64,000 bases of DNA from an uncultured Alphaproteobacteria bacterium. Lineage in GTDB: Bacteria > Pseudomonadota > Alphaproteobacteria > Thalassobaculales > Thalassobaculaceae. The stretch lies in NCBI GenBank assembly GCA_902629125.1, contig CACOPQ010000009.1, positions 14 to 64,013 of the forward strand, in the 5' to 3' direction. How positions within the stretch are numbered: the first letter of the stretch is position 1; each line of letters opens with the position of its first letter. Of the stretch, positions 49,162 to 58,536 are shown in pieces. The position numbers and the translations under genes are program-made. The notes beneath the pieces were generated by a model. The model worked only from the letters and a program-made list of their open reading frames with translations. It was not told where the DNA came from and ran no database searches.

Positions 49162-50865
49162 TCATTTTGAAGTTATGGAAGAGCAGAAAAAAATAAGGAG
49201 ATTGATAGTACGGCCTTTAGAGTAGTTAAATGATTTTATTTCTTCTATCTTTTCAATAGAAACGTTTTTATTTGATAAGTGGCCTAGAAATTCCTCTAAA
49301 TTTGCCCTGGTCACAACTGCATATGAATAAGGGTTGTTTAAAAGGGCTTTTACGCCTTCTTCTGGGTTGACTAAAGCAGTGCTACTACCAGCATAAAAAA
49401 CCAGACTTGGCTCGTGGTATCCTATAGCGACTAGAGGATACTTACCTCCGCTATGTTCCTCTACAATTTGAGCAACTTGCTTAGATGGAAAAAACCACTT
49501 TAAATCCGGAATTGACCATTGAAGTACTGGAATAAAGAAGAGTCCTACTAAAGCTACCGAGGCTGAGAGTGAGAGGACATATTTCCGAAACAAGAATAAT
49601 GCATAAGCAACGAACAAGAGAAAAACAAACATAAAGCTATTAATAATGGCAGCAAAATTTAAAACCAAAAAATCTATTTCGTGGAATTTTGTGAATATTA
49701 ATTCTGGGGTTGCAACAAGTTCGGGTGTTAGTAACTTGGTTTGTTTTAAAAGATTAGAAACGAGCAGAAAGCTGAGGCCAACGACAAACCAAATGACTCC
49801 GATGATTGTCACTTCTATGGTGTTTAAAGAGAAAGTTGATTTATGACCTTCTTTTTTTGTGACATGTGTCATCCAATAAGAAATTATAATTGCAATTGCG
49901 GGGTAAAGCGGTAGCACGTAGTGTGGAAGCTTCGTGGGGATGATTTCGAGCATCACCCATGTTGGAATAACCCAAGCAAAAAGAAACTTTATGGTGTTTG
50001 TTTTCCTTGAATTAATGGAAAATTTCAATGCTGGATATATAAATAGAGAACTTGGCCAAAGCGTAATTAGCGCAAGTAATAAGTAATAGCCAGGAGGTAG
50101 GCCATGGGATTCAACGCCGCTCAGTAATTTTGGTAGCAGATCTTGCCCTACAGAGGACTGTAAAAATTCACCAGAAGACTGTATCTGGATTGAAATTATC
50201 CACGGTAGGCAAATGCATGCTACGAGAGAAAAACCTAAGAGTGGCCTTAGCTTTAAAACCCATTTTATTTCTCGATCGATAATGGAAACGACTAACACAG
50301 TTAAAAAAATCACTAAAGGGGTGATTGGACCCTTGATCATAACTCCAAGTCCAATACCCCCCCACAAAAATAACCAATTTAGCCAACTTACATGGTTTTT
50401 GTAGGTTCTTATTAGACCGAATTGTGCAATGACCACAGTCGCTAAAAGCAATGCATCGCTCTTGGCCATATGGGCCTCGCCAATTAAAAGAGGTGTTGAT
50501 GAGAGTATTATTGCAGCAATTGTTCCACCTGGCGGATGCAAAAAAACATTAGCTAAGAAGTACGTTCCAATAACGGCAACTATAGCAGCTAGCAAGGATG
50601 GAATTCGGTATAACCAGATTTCTTTTAGTTTGGAAGGCGATAGCAGATTAACACTGCCCGCCTGGAGCCAATAGGTACCAGCAGGTTTTTTGTATCGTGG
50701 CTCTTCTTGAAAACGTATATCTACAAAATTACCGCTCTCTAGCATCTGTTTGCTGGCTTGAGCGAAACGAGCTTCGTCCCGGTCCAAGGCTGGTATTGTG
50801 AATAAGCCCGGGAGGTAAAAGGACAAGCAAATTAAAATTATGAGGGTGACATTCTTGAAATGCAC
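49162..50865 (-). CDS. family 39 glycosyltransferase, ArnT-like lipid/glycolipid sugar transferase
   Basis: N-terminal periplasmic-loop motif DRDEARFAQASKQM...PRYKKPAGTYW and more than 10 TM helices. Confidence 0.8.
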   Translation of the reverse strand: MHFKNVTLIILICLSFYLPGLFTIPALDRDEARFAQASKQMLESGNFVDIRFQEEPRYKKPAGTYWLQAGSVNLLSPSKLKEIWLYRIPSLLAAIVAVIGTYFLANVFLHPPGGTIAAIILSSTPLLIGEAHMAKSDALLLATVVIAQFGLIRTYKNHVSWLNWLFLWGGIGLGVMIKGPITPLVIFLTVLVVSIIDREIKWVLKLRPLLGFSLVACICLPWIISIQIQSSGEFLQSSVGQDLLPKLLSGVESHGLPPGYYLLLALITLWPSSLFIYPALKFSINSRKTNTIKFLFAWVIPTWVMLEIIPTKLPHYVLPLYPAIAIIISYWMTHVTKKEGHKSTFSLNTIEVTIIGVIWFVVGLSFLLVSNLLKQTKLLTPELVATPELIFTKFHEIDFLVLNFAAIINSFMFVFLLFVAYALFLFRKYVLSLSASVALVGLFFIPVLQWSIPDLKWFFPSKQVAQIVEEHSGGKYPLVAIGYHEPSLVFYAGSSTALVNPEEGVKALLNNPYSYAVVTRANLEEFLGHLSNKNVSIEKIEEIKSFNYSKGRTINLLIFFCSSITSK

Positions 50866-51004
50866 TGTCTTAGCTCTTTGTCGATGAATCTTGAATTGTC
50901 ACAATAGACTGCCCCTCTAAAATAAAACTTAAAAATGGTTTCCACAAAATATAATATTCGGGTACGGAAGCTGAAGGAAGTGCTTTGGGTAAGTAGCTCG
51001 ATGA

Positions 51005-52474
51005 CTATTTTAATTCTTTTAGTTGGTTCTTGATTATACTTCTAGCAGGCGCGTTCGGGCCCATTTTTTCTAGGAGTTTGCCCCAAAGCTTTTTAGCTGC
51101 AGAACTATCGCCCTCGGTTTTGGCCAGCAACCCTCCAAAGTAGAGGGCTTCCGGATGCTCCGGTGCTTGTAAAAGTATCCTCTCCACAACAACTTTGAAT
51201 TCAGCAGTGGCGTTAGCGTTTGCTGATCCTTCTGGGAGAAGTACTCGCGCTAATTCTAACTGAAGATCTATTCTTGTTGGTGCGAGATTTGCTGCCGTTT
51301 TCAAAGCTTCTCTAGATTTCTCCAGCTTACCCAATACTTTATAGGATCGACTTAAACGAAGCCAACCGTTGAGGTCGTTAGGGTTATCTTTTAGTTTTGC
51401 AGCTAAACCCTCGACCATGTTGTTAATCATTTCTTGACGATCGTTTTTAGATAAGGTTCGAGCAGCACGAATATCTTCTTGTGTAGGGCCTTGAAAGCCT
51501 TCCTTCAATATGGATGGCTTTGCAGCGTTTCGACTGGGTGTTTTGGGTTTTTGATTTGCAGCAAGTTTCTGCTTAGGCTCGCTCGTTTTAATCCCTAAGT
51601 CTTTAGACGCTTGGTCGATGCGTGATATTAACATTTTGCGCCACGGCGCATTTTGGGGTGTTTCGTTGAGGAGAGTAGTCCATGTTCGAAGTGCTGGTTC
51701 AATTTTTTCCTGCTGATAGTCAGCTAGCCCTAGATAATAACGTACTCTTGGGTCTTTCGGGATACTCTTTGATACTAGCTTGAATTGCTTCAGTGCCTCT
51801 CGTGAAATGCGCCCTTGGGCTGCCAGGACAAGTGCTTCAGCGTATGTTGCCCGAAGTTCTAGATTGCTTGGGAATATGGATACAGCTTGCCTCAGTGAAG
51901 TAGATGCTTCCTCATATTGCTTTCTTATCAATAGGGTTCGCCCCAGCAGCTCCCAGTTTTGAAGGTCATTAGGATTAACTTCAAGTTTCGCTTGCAGATT
52001 AGTGATCATATCATCTATGCCGGCGTGCTCCTCATTTGGCTTTTTTTTCTGGACGGTTGTTTTTGCTGCTATTTTTGGAGTTGGCAGGTCTGCTCGTTCT
52101 GATAAAGGGATATCTGGGTGTCCCGGCGATCCAAAGTTGGCATAAATTCCAATGGCGGCGGAAGGTACTAAAAAAGAAGCAACTAGCGTAAAGATAATAT
52201 ATGTCGTTGGCGCGAATTTTTTGGGCTGGTTTTGTTGATTAGCTTCAACATTCTCTGTTAACATTCTGCGTTGGATTTCCGTTTTTATTGCGTCTAACTC
52301 TGTAGAGTCGACTCGTCCAAGTTGAAAGTCCTTATCAACTTCAGAGAGTTGATCCTTATATACTTTCAAGTTGTAATCAACGTCAGTTCCCAAAACCTCT
52401 CTTTGCCTGAGAAAAGGCCAGATGATTAAAATGACGCATATTAATGTTAAAAAGCCCGCAATTCCCCAAAACAT
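51005..52474 (-). CDS. ccmI: c-type cytochrome biogenesis protein CcmI (CycH)
   Basis: N-terminal TM hairpin followed by TPR repeats. Last gene of the ccm array, 2 nt after ccmH. Confidence 0.75.
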   Translation of the reverse strand: MFWGIAGFLTLICVILIIWPFLRQREVLGTDVDYNLKVYKDQLSEVDKDFQLGRVDSTELDAIKTEIQRRMLTENVEANQQNQPKKFAPTTYIIFTLVASFLVPSAAIGIYANFGSPGHPDIPLSERADLPTPKIAAKTTVQKKKPNEEHAGIDDMITNLQAKLEVNPNDLQNWELLGRTLLIRKQYEEASTSLRQAVSIFPSNLELRATYAEALVLAAQGRISREALKQFKLVSKSIPKDPRVRYYLGLADYQQEKIEPALRTWTTLLNETPQNAPWRKMLISRIDQASKDLGIKTSEPKQKLAANQKPKTPSRNAAKPSILKEGFQGPTQEDIRAARTLSKNDRQEMINNMVEGLAAKLKDNPNDLNGWLRLSRSYKVLGKLEKSREALKTAANLAPTRIDLQLELARVLLPEGSANANATAEFKVVVERILLQAPEHPEALYFGGLLAKTEGDSSAAKKLWGKLLEKMGPNAPARSIIKNQLKELK

Positions 52475-52476
52475 AA

Positions 52477-52953
52477 TTAGGTTTTATCTTTCTGTTCTAA
52501 AAGTTTTGAAAGACTTGCCTGCTCTTCTTGGCTTAGTGGTTTTTCAAATGACCGACGGTTACTCCTTTTCATAATAAGCACAACCATTAATATGCCAAAT
52601 ATCAAAAATATAAGTGGTCCATACCACAATACATAGGTTGTGGGTTTGAATGGTGGATTGAGCAAAATAAAGTCACCATATCTGTCCACTAGAAAATCAA
52701 AAATTTCGTCGTTAGTGGCGCCCGCAGTAAGTTTTTCGCGTACGAGAACTCTTAGATCTTTGGCTAAAGTTGCATTACTATCGTCTATAGATTGGTTTTG
52801 GCAGACTAAGCACCTAATGTTTTGGCTCAACATGCGAGCGCGCTCTTCAAGCAATGGATCAGCAAGCCGTTCATTTGGCTGTAATGCCATAGTCGGTTGA
52901 ATATAGGTTAGGCAACTAAACAAAACTAAAATAAGTGCTCTTACTCTAGTCAT
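52477..52953 (-). CDS. ccmH: cytochrome c-type biogenesis protein CcmH (CycL)
   Basis: LRCLVCQNQSIDDSNA motif. Confidence 0.85.
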   Translation of the reverse strand: MTRVRALILVLFSCLTYIQPTMALQPNERLADPLLEERARMLSQNIRCLVCQNQSIDDSNATLAKDLRVLVREKLTAGATNDEIFDFLVDRYGDFILLNPPFKPTTYVLWYGPLIFLIFGILMVVLIMKRSNRRSFEKPLSQEEQASLSKLLEQKDKT

Positions 52954-53494
52954 CTTTATTATTTCGCAGTAATTGAATAATCGGCATTAATTTTTCCTCG
53001 AGTATCCTTTCTGTTAAAGGGCCCACATGCCGATAACGAACCTTACCCTGTTTATCAATCAGATACGTCTCTGGAACGCCATAAACCCCCCAATCGATAG
53101 CGGCACGACCATCTTTATCAGCAACGATCCTCTCAAATGGATCACCAAGCTGGTTTAGCCAATTTATTGCAGCTTGGGTTTGGTCTTTATAATTTATACC
53201 GAAGAGCCTAACAGTTTTTTCTTTTGATATCTTCATTAAAAGATCGTGTTCAACTCGGCATGGTCCACACCATGACGAGAAAAAATTTACGAGAGTCTCG
53301 CCTCCCACCAGATCCTCGTGATCGAAACCTCTTTTATTTTTTGATAATGGTGGCAATTTGTTCTGGGGGACATCTTTATCAACTAATGCCGATGGTAACA
53401 GTTTTGGGTCACTTTTTTTTACTATAGGAATTGCAAAGTAAATAATTACGCCAAAAAAAATGAAGAAGGGTAGAATAAAGAGAGTCTTAGCCAT
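52946..53494 (-). CDS. ccmG: thiol:disulfide interchange protein CcmG/DsbE (CycY)
   Basis: WCGPCR active site and GVYGVPETYLID motif. I prefer the ATG at 53494 (MAKTLFIL...) over the track TTG at 53506. Either start overlaps the ccmF stop. Confidence 0.85.
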   Translation of the reverse strand: MAKTLFILPFFIFFGVIIYFAIPIVKKSDPKLLPSALVDKDVPQNKLPPLSKNKRGFDHEDLVGGETLVNFFSSWCGPCRVEHDLLMKISKEKTVRLFGINYKDQTQAAINWLNQLGDPFERIVADKDGRAAIDWGVYGVPETYLIDKQGKVRYRHVGPLTERILEEKLMPIIQLLRNNKDD

Positions 53495-55481
53495 GCTCGG
53501 TGCCAAGCTTGGGCGTTTTATAATTTCCTTTCCTCTTTTCTGGTGCTCCTATGCGAAGTCGCCTGTCAGTAAGTGAAATTAACCCACCAAGTACCATAAG
53601 CAAACAACCTAACCAAATCCAAGGAATAAGTGGATTATACCAAATACGGAGCACCCAGCCATTTCGTTTGTCGCCTTCTCCTATTGTTGCATATAAATCG
53701 GCCATCACAGTACTGTAGATTGTGGCCTCTGTGGTAAGCATTTGCTGAACCGGATAAAATCTTCTTTCGGGATACAGGTTTGCTACTGTCTTGGAATCTT
53801 TTGTAACAAGAATATGTGCTCGTTCAGTTTCATAATTTGGGCCCTTTAAGCGATCTACTTTTTGAAGCTTTAAGTTGAAGCCTGCGATTTGCGTTTGGTC
53901 CTTTTCTTTGGCGTTAAATACCACCTCTGACCTCCAAGCGCTATCAGCAGAGGCACCACAAACGAAAATGGCTATCCCTAGATGAGCGAGGGTCATACCA
54001 TATGCTGATTTTGGAAGACCTTTGGCACGCAAAAGTGAGTTACGGAAAGGTATTTTAAATAATAGGAGTCGGTCTGCGAGTTCCTTTAGAGCACCGCCAC
54101 CTAACCACCCCGCAATAGCGAAACCAATTATTGGCGTGAAAGGTTTGTCACTATTTAGGAGCCAGAACAAGATTCCAAGACCACCGGAGCATATTGCGGC
54201 AATCCATAATCTTGACATCGCAGATGCTAGATCACCTTGTTTCCAACTTAGCATTGGCCCGATAGCCATCAGTAGCAAAAGTGGGATCATAATTGGTATA
54301 AATGTGGCATTAAAAAACGGCGGACCAACAGAAACTTTTTGTCCTGTTGCTGCATCTAGAAAAAGTGGGTAGAGGGTACCTAGAAATACCGTGGCTGTAG
54401 CAACGGAGAGCAGGAGGTTATTCATTACAAGTCCACCCTCTCTGCTAATGGGCTGAAAGAAACCTCCTAACGCCATTTTTGGCGCACGAATAGCAAATAA
54501 AATAAATGCTCCCCCTACGAAAAAACCTAGAATGGCAAGGATAAAAAGGCCCCTTTCCGGGTCGACAGCAAAAGCATGAACGCTTGTTAGAACGCCAGAC
54601 CGAACTAAAAATGTACCCATGAGGCTTAGCGTGAATGCAAGAATCGCTAAAAGAATAGTCCAGCTCCTCAATGCATCCCTTTTTTCGACTACTATGGCTG
54701 AGTGTAGGAAAGCAGTGCCTACCAACCAAGGCATAAAGCTAGCATTTTCTACGGGGTCCCAATACCACCATCCCCCCCATCCTAATTCGTAGTAAGCCCA
54801 CCAACTTCCTAGTGTGATTCCTGCTGTAAGTGATGTCCAAGCTAATAGAGCCCATGGGCGGACCCAGCGTGCCCATGCTGGACCGATATTTCCCTCAATC
54901 AGTGCTGCAATTGCAAAAGAAAAGGTTATTGAAAAACCAACATAGCCCAGATAGAGCATTGGCGGATGAAATGCCAAGCCCGGGTCCTGTAACAAGGGGT
55001 TTAAGTCGCGACCGTCTAAGGGAGCAGGATCTAAACGCAGAAAGGGATTTGAAGTGATTATGATAAATGCGAGAAAAGCAACACCAATTGACCCTTGGAT
55101 ACCAAGTACCCTTGCTCGAAGCGTAGGTGGTAAATTCTTGCCATAGATAGCTACCATGAGTCCAAACAGAGCTAGAATTAAAACCCAAAGGACCATTGAC
55201 CCTTCGTGATTACCCCAGACGCCGCTAATTTTATAGAGCAAAGGTTTAAGTGAATGCGAATTTTCTGCCACATTGACAACTGAGAAATCTGACGTGATGT
55301 AGGCATTTGTTAAAGCACAAAAGGCAAGTAGTATGGTAAAAAATTGGGCTATCGCTGAAGGTTTGCCTATCTCCATCAAAACTGTATTCGATTTTTGGGC
55401 ACCTATTAATGGCACAGTTGTTTGAACGAGTGCCATAACGAAAGCGAGGATAAGTGCAAAGTGGCCGAGTTCAGCTATCAA
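53487..55481 (-). CDS. ccmF: cytochrome c heme lyase subunit CcmF (CycK)
   Basis: WWYWDPVENASFMPW tryptophan-rich (WWD) motif; 664-aa polytopic protein. Confidence 0.95.
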   Translation of the reverse strand: MIAELGHFALILAFVMALVQTTVPLIGAQKSNTVLMEIGKPSAIAQFFTILLAFCALTNAYITSDFSVVNVAENSHSLKPLLYKISGVWGNHEGSMVLWVLILALFGLMVAIYGKNLPPTLRARVLGIQGSIGVAFLAFIIITSNPFLRLDPAPLDGRDLNPLLQDPGLAFHPPMLYLGYVGFSITFSFAIAALIEGNIGPAWARWVRPWALLAWTSLTAGITLGSWWAYYELGWGGWWYWDPVENASFMPWLVGTAFLHSAIVVEKRDALRSWTILLAILAFTLSLMGTFLVRSGVLTSVHAFAVDPERGLFILAILGFFVGGAFILFAIRAPKMALGGFFQPISREGGLVMNNLLLSVATATVFLGTLYPLFLDAATGQKVSVGPPFFNATFIPIMIPLLLLMAIGPMLSWKQGDLASAMSRLWIAAICSGGLGILFWLLNSDKPFTPIIGFAIAGWLGGGALKELADRLLLFKIPFRNSLLRAKGLPKSAYGMTLAHLGIAIFVCGASADSAWRSEVVFNAKEKDQTQIAGFNLKLQKVDRLKGPNYETERAHILVTKDSKTVANLYPERRFYPVQQMLTTEATIYSTVMADLYATIGEGDKRNGWVLRIWYNPLIPWIWLGCLLMVLGGLISLTDRRLRIGAPEKRKGNYKTPKLGTEHG

Positions 55482-55921
55482 TTTTTACTTTCTCCCTTCC
55501 ATTTTCCGGCTTTTTTTAAAGAGTCAGCGACCTCTTTTGGCATGTAATTTTCGTCGTGCTTTGCCAAGATAGTTTTTGCGCGGAATATACCTTTAGAGAG
55601 ATGCCCTTCGGCTACAACACCCTGATTTTCCCTAAATAGATCGGGTAAGGGACCTCTGTAGACTGCAGGGATAGAATAGTTTAAGTCCGTAACTTCAAAG
55701 CGAACCGTTATTCCGTCTTCAGATTTTTTCAATGATCCATTTTTGACGAGTCCACCAATCCGAATTTGTTTATCCGTATTTATGGACTTTTCTTTTATGT
55801 CACTTGGGCTGTAAAAAAAAACGAGGGTATCCTCAAACGCAGTTAGAGCAAGTGCTGAGGCCACGAGCAGGGATAAAAAACCTAATCCTATAAATGCTAA
55901 CCGCCGGCGCGTTGGTGTCAT
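55478..55921 (-). CDS. ccmE: heme chaperone CcmE (CycJ)
   Basis: N-terminal anchor, OB-fold region VRFEVTD, and LAKHDENYMPKEV (heme-binding His). Confidence 0.9.
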   Translation of the reverse strand: MTPTRRRLAFIGLGFLSLLVASALALTAFEDTLVFFYSPSDIKEKSINTDKQIRIGGLVKNGSLKKSEDGITVRFEVTDLNYSIPAVYRGPLPDLFRENQGVVAEGHLSKGIFRAKTILAKHDENYMPKEVADSLKKAGKWKGESKN

Positions 55922-56094
55922 GAGTCTTTTTCGACCTTAAAAGTTTTTTTGCCCTGTTCCCGGTCATTTTTAACGAGTTCATCCAGTTGGCGCTGTGCGA
56001 TGCGGTAACGAAATAGTGAGTAAGCTAAAAGCGTGACTAACAATATTGCTGTCGCGCCGTAAGCTGTCCATATAAACTGACCGTACATATCCAT
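55918..56094 (-). CDS. ccmD: heme exporter protein CcmD (58 aa, absent from ORF track)
   Basis: Hand-translated: MDMYGQFIWTAYGATAILLVTLLAYSLFRYRIAQRQLDELVKNDREQGKKTFKVEKDS. It has the (Y/F)(V/I)W.AYG single-TM signature followed by R..R. The stop overlaps the ccmE start (ATGA), and there is an in-frame TAA 7 codons upstream. Confidence 0.7.
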   Translation of the reverse strand: MDMYGQFIWTAYGATAILLVTLLAYSLFRYRIAQRQLDELVKNDREQGKKTFKVEKDS

Positions 56095-56200
56095 GGTATC
56101 GTTCGTATTTTGTTAAATTCCCCAAACAGACATTAATAGATATAAATCACTAGAAGGCATGTGCCAAGAGTATCGCGTTGATAGTGGGACAATGCGGCAA

Positions 56201-56917
56201 TCAGCCGCTTTTCAATAACTGTTTTGCCTGAATTCTTTTTTCAATCAAGATAGTCCGCATTTTTACGATTAAAATCGAAATTAGAAACAGTTTGAACCCC
56301 AGGGCCATCAATAATAATGGTGCGAGCATAGATATATCTATTGCTGGGGCGTCAAGGCGAGATAAACTCGCAGGTTGATGCAGAGTATTCCACCAATCCA
56401 CAGAAAATTTTATTATTGGGACATTTACGAAACCTATCAAGGCTAGTACGGCAGCCGCTTTCGAACCTTTTTCGGGATCATCGAATGCGTTTACCAAAAC
56501 CATATATCCGAGGTATAAAAAGAATAGGACAAGAACTGACGTTAAACGCGCATCCCATACCCACCACGTTCCCCACATTGGTTGTCCCCACAGAGCACCA
56601 GTTATTAACGTGACGGCGGTAAATGCTGCTCCGATTGGTGCTAATGATCGTGCTGCTATATCAGCTAACGAATGTTTCCATATAAGAAAGCTCGCGCTAG
56701 CTGCGGCCATAAGAGAATAAGTAAATAGCGACATCCAAGCAGCCGGTACATGAACATACATAATTCTTACTGTTTCGCCTTGCTGATAATCCGCGGGCGA
56801 GTCAAAAATGCCAAAGTAAAGTCCAAACAGAAAGCAAACTGCCGCAAATGAGGACGTCCAAGGCAGAACCTTGGTGGCTAGTTTTGTAAATCGGGCTGGA
56901 TTTGCAAATTTATGCAT
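56201..56917 (-). CDS. ccmC: heme exporter/heme-handling permease CcmC
   Basis: WGTWWVWDARLTS WWD motif. Confidence 0.9.
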   Translation of the reverse strand: MHKFANPARFTKLATKVLPWTSSFAAVCFLFGLYFGIFDSPADYQQGETVRIMYVHVPAAWMSLFTYSLMAAASASFLIWKHSLADIAARSLAPIGAAFTAVTLITGALWGQPMWGTWWVWDARLTSVLVLFFLYLGYMVLVNAFDDPEKGSKAAAVLALIGFVNVPIIKFSVDWWNTLHQPASLSRLDAPAIDISMLAPLLLMALGFKLFLISILIVKMRTILIEKRIQAKQLLKSG

Positions 56918-56926
56918 TTCTCAATC

Positions 56927-57592
56927 TTAGTTAGTTAAATGGCGCAGCGTTGCCGCTGCCGTCCATGGACAGAAAACCGATGATATGATCAACAAAGCGC
57001 CGAGTAAACTGACTGCCGAAGAAGTATCGATACCCTCACCGCTTGCATTGATTGCTGCAACAGAGAAGATTAGTATAGGAATTATCAAAGGCAATATTAT
57101 AAGCGAGATTAGCACTCCGGAAAGCCGAGAGCCAAGGACTAATGCTGCTCCAATACCACCCATTAGACTAATTGTTGGCGTTCCAAGCAACATCGTGATT
57201 AGCAGTGTCGTGTATGCGTCCAAATTCATATTTAGCATAGTAGCCAAAACAGGCGAAATCAGCAGGATAGGAAATCCCGTAGTAAGCCAATGAACGAAGC
57301 ATTTACCGAGAACAATTAATTCCAGCGGATAAGAAGTTAGGATCATCTGATCTAATGAGCCATCATCAAAGTCTGATTGAAAAACGCCGTCGAGTGACAG
57401 CATCGCTGAAAGTAATGCACAAATCCAGATTATACCTCCAGATAATTGTTGGAGTACACTTGGATCGGGGCCAATTCCTAATGGAAAGAGGGTGACTGCG
57501 ATCACAAAAAAGAACAGAACCACCCAAGCGTCGTTGGCATTTCTGTAAACAAGAGTCAAATCACGCTGAACTAAAGCGAGAAACTTTTTCAT
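56927..57592 (-). CDS. ccmB: heme exporter permease CcmB
   Basis: Six-TM, 221-aa protein with FQSDFDDGSLDQ motif. Confidence 0.9.
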   Translation of the reverse strand: MKKFLALVQRDLTLVYRNANDAWVVLFFFVIAVTLFPLGIGPDPSVLQQLSGGIIWICALLSAMLSLDGVFQSDFDDGSLDQMILTSYPLELIVLGKCFVHWLTTGFPILLISPVLATMLNMNLDAYTTLLITMLLGTPTISLMGGIGAALVLGSRLSGVLISLIILPLIIPILIFSVAAINASGEGIDTSSAVSLLGALLIISSVFCPWTAAATLRHLTN

Positions 57593-57634
57593 TAATATAT
57601 CCTTCAGAGGGAGGAAATTTCTGCAAAAAACATT

Positions 57635-58273
57635 TTATCCCTTTTTAAAATTATCAGTCTTTAAAACATGAACAGGACATTCGACCCTTACTTCATCATG
57701 ACTGGCCATAATTACAATGCCGCCCGATTCACAGTGATTATTCAATAACGTAATTAGGCTCCTAAGGCCCGCCGTGTCCAGCCCAACTGTTGGCTCATCA
57801 AGTAACCATAGTGAAGCGGGTTTCAACATAAGCCTCGCTAGGGCTAACTTTCGGGTTTGACCTGAAGATAAACATCGTGCAGGTAAATCTGAAGAAGTAG
57901 TGAGATTAAATATTTCGAGGCTGTGCTCTAACTGACTGCTTATGTCCTTGCCGCCAATATGTATTTCCTGCCAATATTTTAGGTTCTCTTTTAGTGTAAG
58001 ATTTGATTTTATTGCTGTTGAATGACCAACATATGTTATCCTTTCGAAATGCTCTGGCAGATTGTCGTGCACAAACTTATTGTTCCAATAAATTTTACCG
58101 GACGTTGGGTTAGATAAACCTGCCATAATTCTCAAGAGCGTTGATTTTCCCGACCCGTTTTCTCCATTTAAGAGCAACATATTGCCGGACTCAATTTTGA
58201 ATTCAAGATCTTTGGCTAAACAGCGCCCACCCTTAGTCACTTTTAAATTGGTACCAAAAAATAAATTCTTCAT
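57635..58273 (-). CDS. ccmA: heme ABC exporter ATP-binding protein CcmA
   Basis: Walker A GENGSGKST, signature LSSGQTRK and Walker B LWLLDEP. Confidence 0.9.
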   Translation of the reverse strand: MKNLFFGTNLKVTKGGRCLAKDLEFKIESGNMLLLNGENGSGKSTLLRIMAGLSNPTSGKIYWNNKFVHDNLPEHFERITYVGHSTAIKSNLTLKENLKYWQEIHIGGKDISSQLEHSLEIFNLTTSSDLPARCLSSGQTRKLALARLMLKPASLWLLDEPTVGLDTAGLRSLITLLNNHCESGGIVIMASHDEVRVECPVHVLKTDNFKKG

Positions 58274-58536
58274 GCGGATTTTAGCTACTCTACCATTATC
58301 TCAATATCATTATCACTGTTTGTCTTAGGCACTCATGGATAAACAAAATGTTTAATACAATCAAATAACTCCCTTAAGGTAGCGCTCCAATAGTAATTTG
58401 TAAGTGATTTTATCATTGGATTAATAAATTTTCTGAAATTACTTAGTAAAAAATGTAAGTCATGAAAAAGGACACTTGCTTTACGATTGCAGAGTAACCT
58501 ACTGTTCGTTTGAAAAGTGAAAGAGGAGACAAAAGA

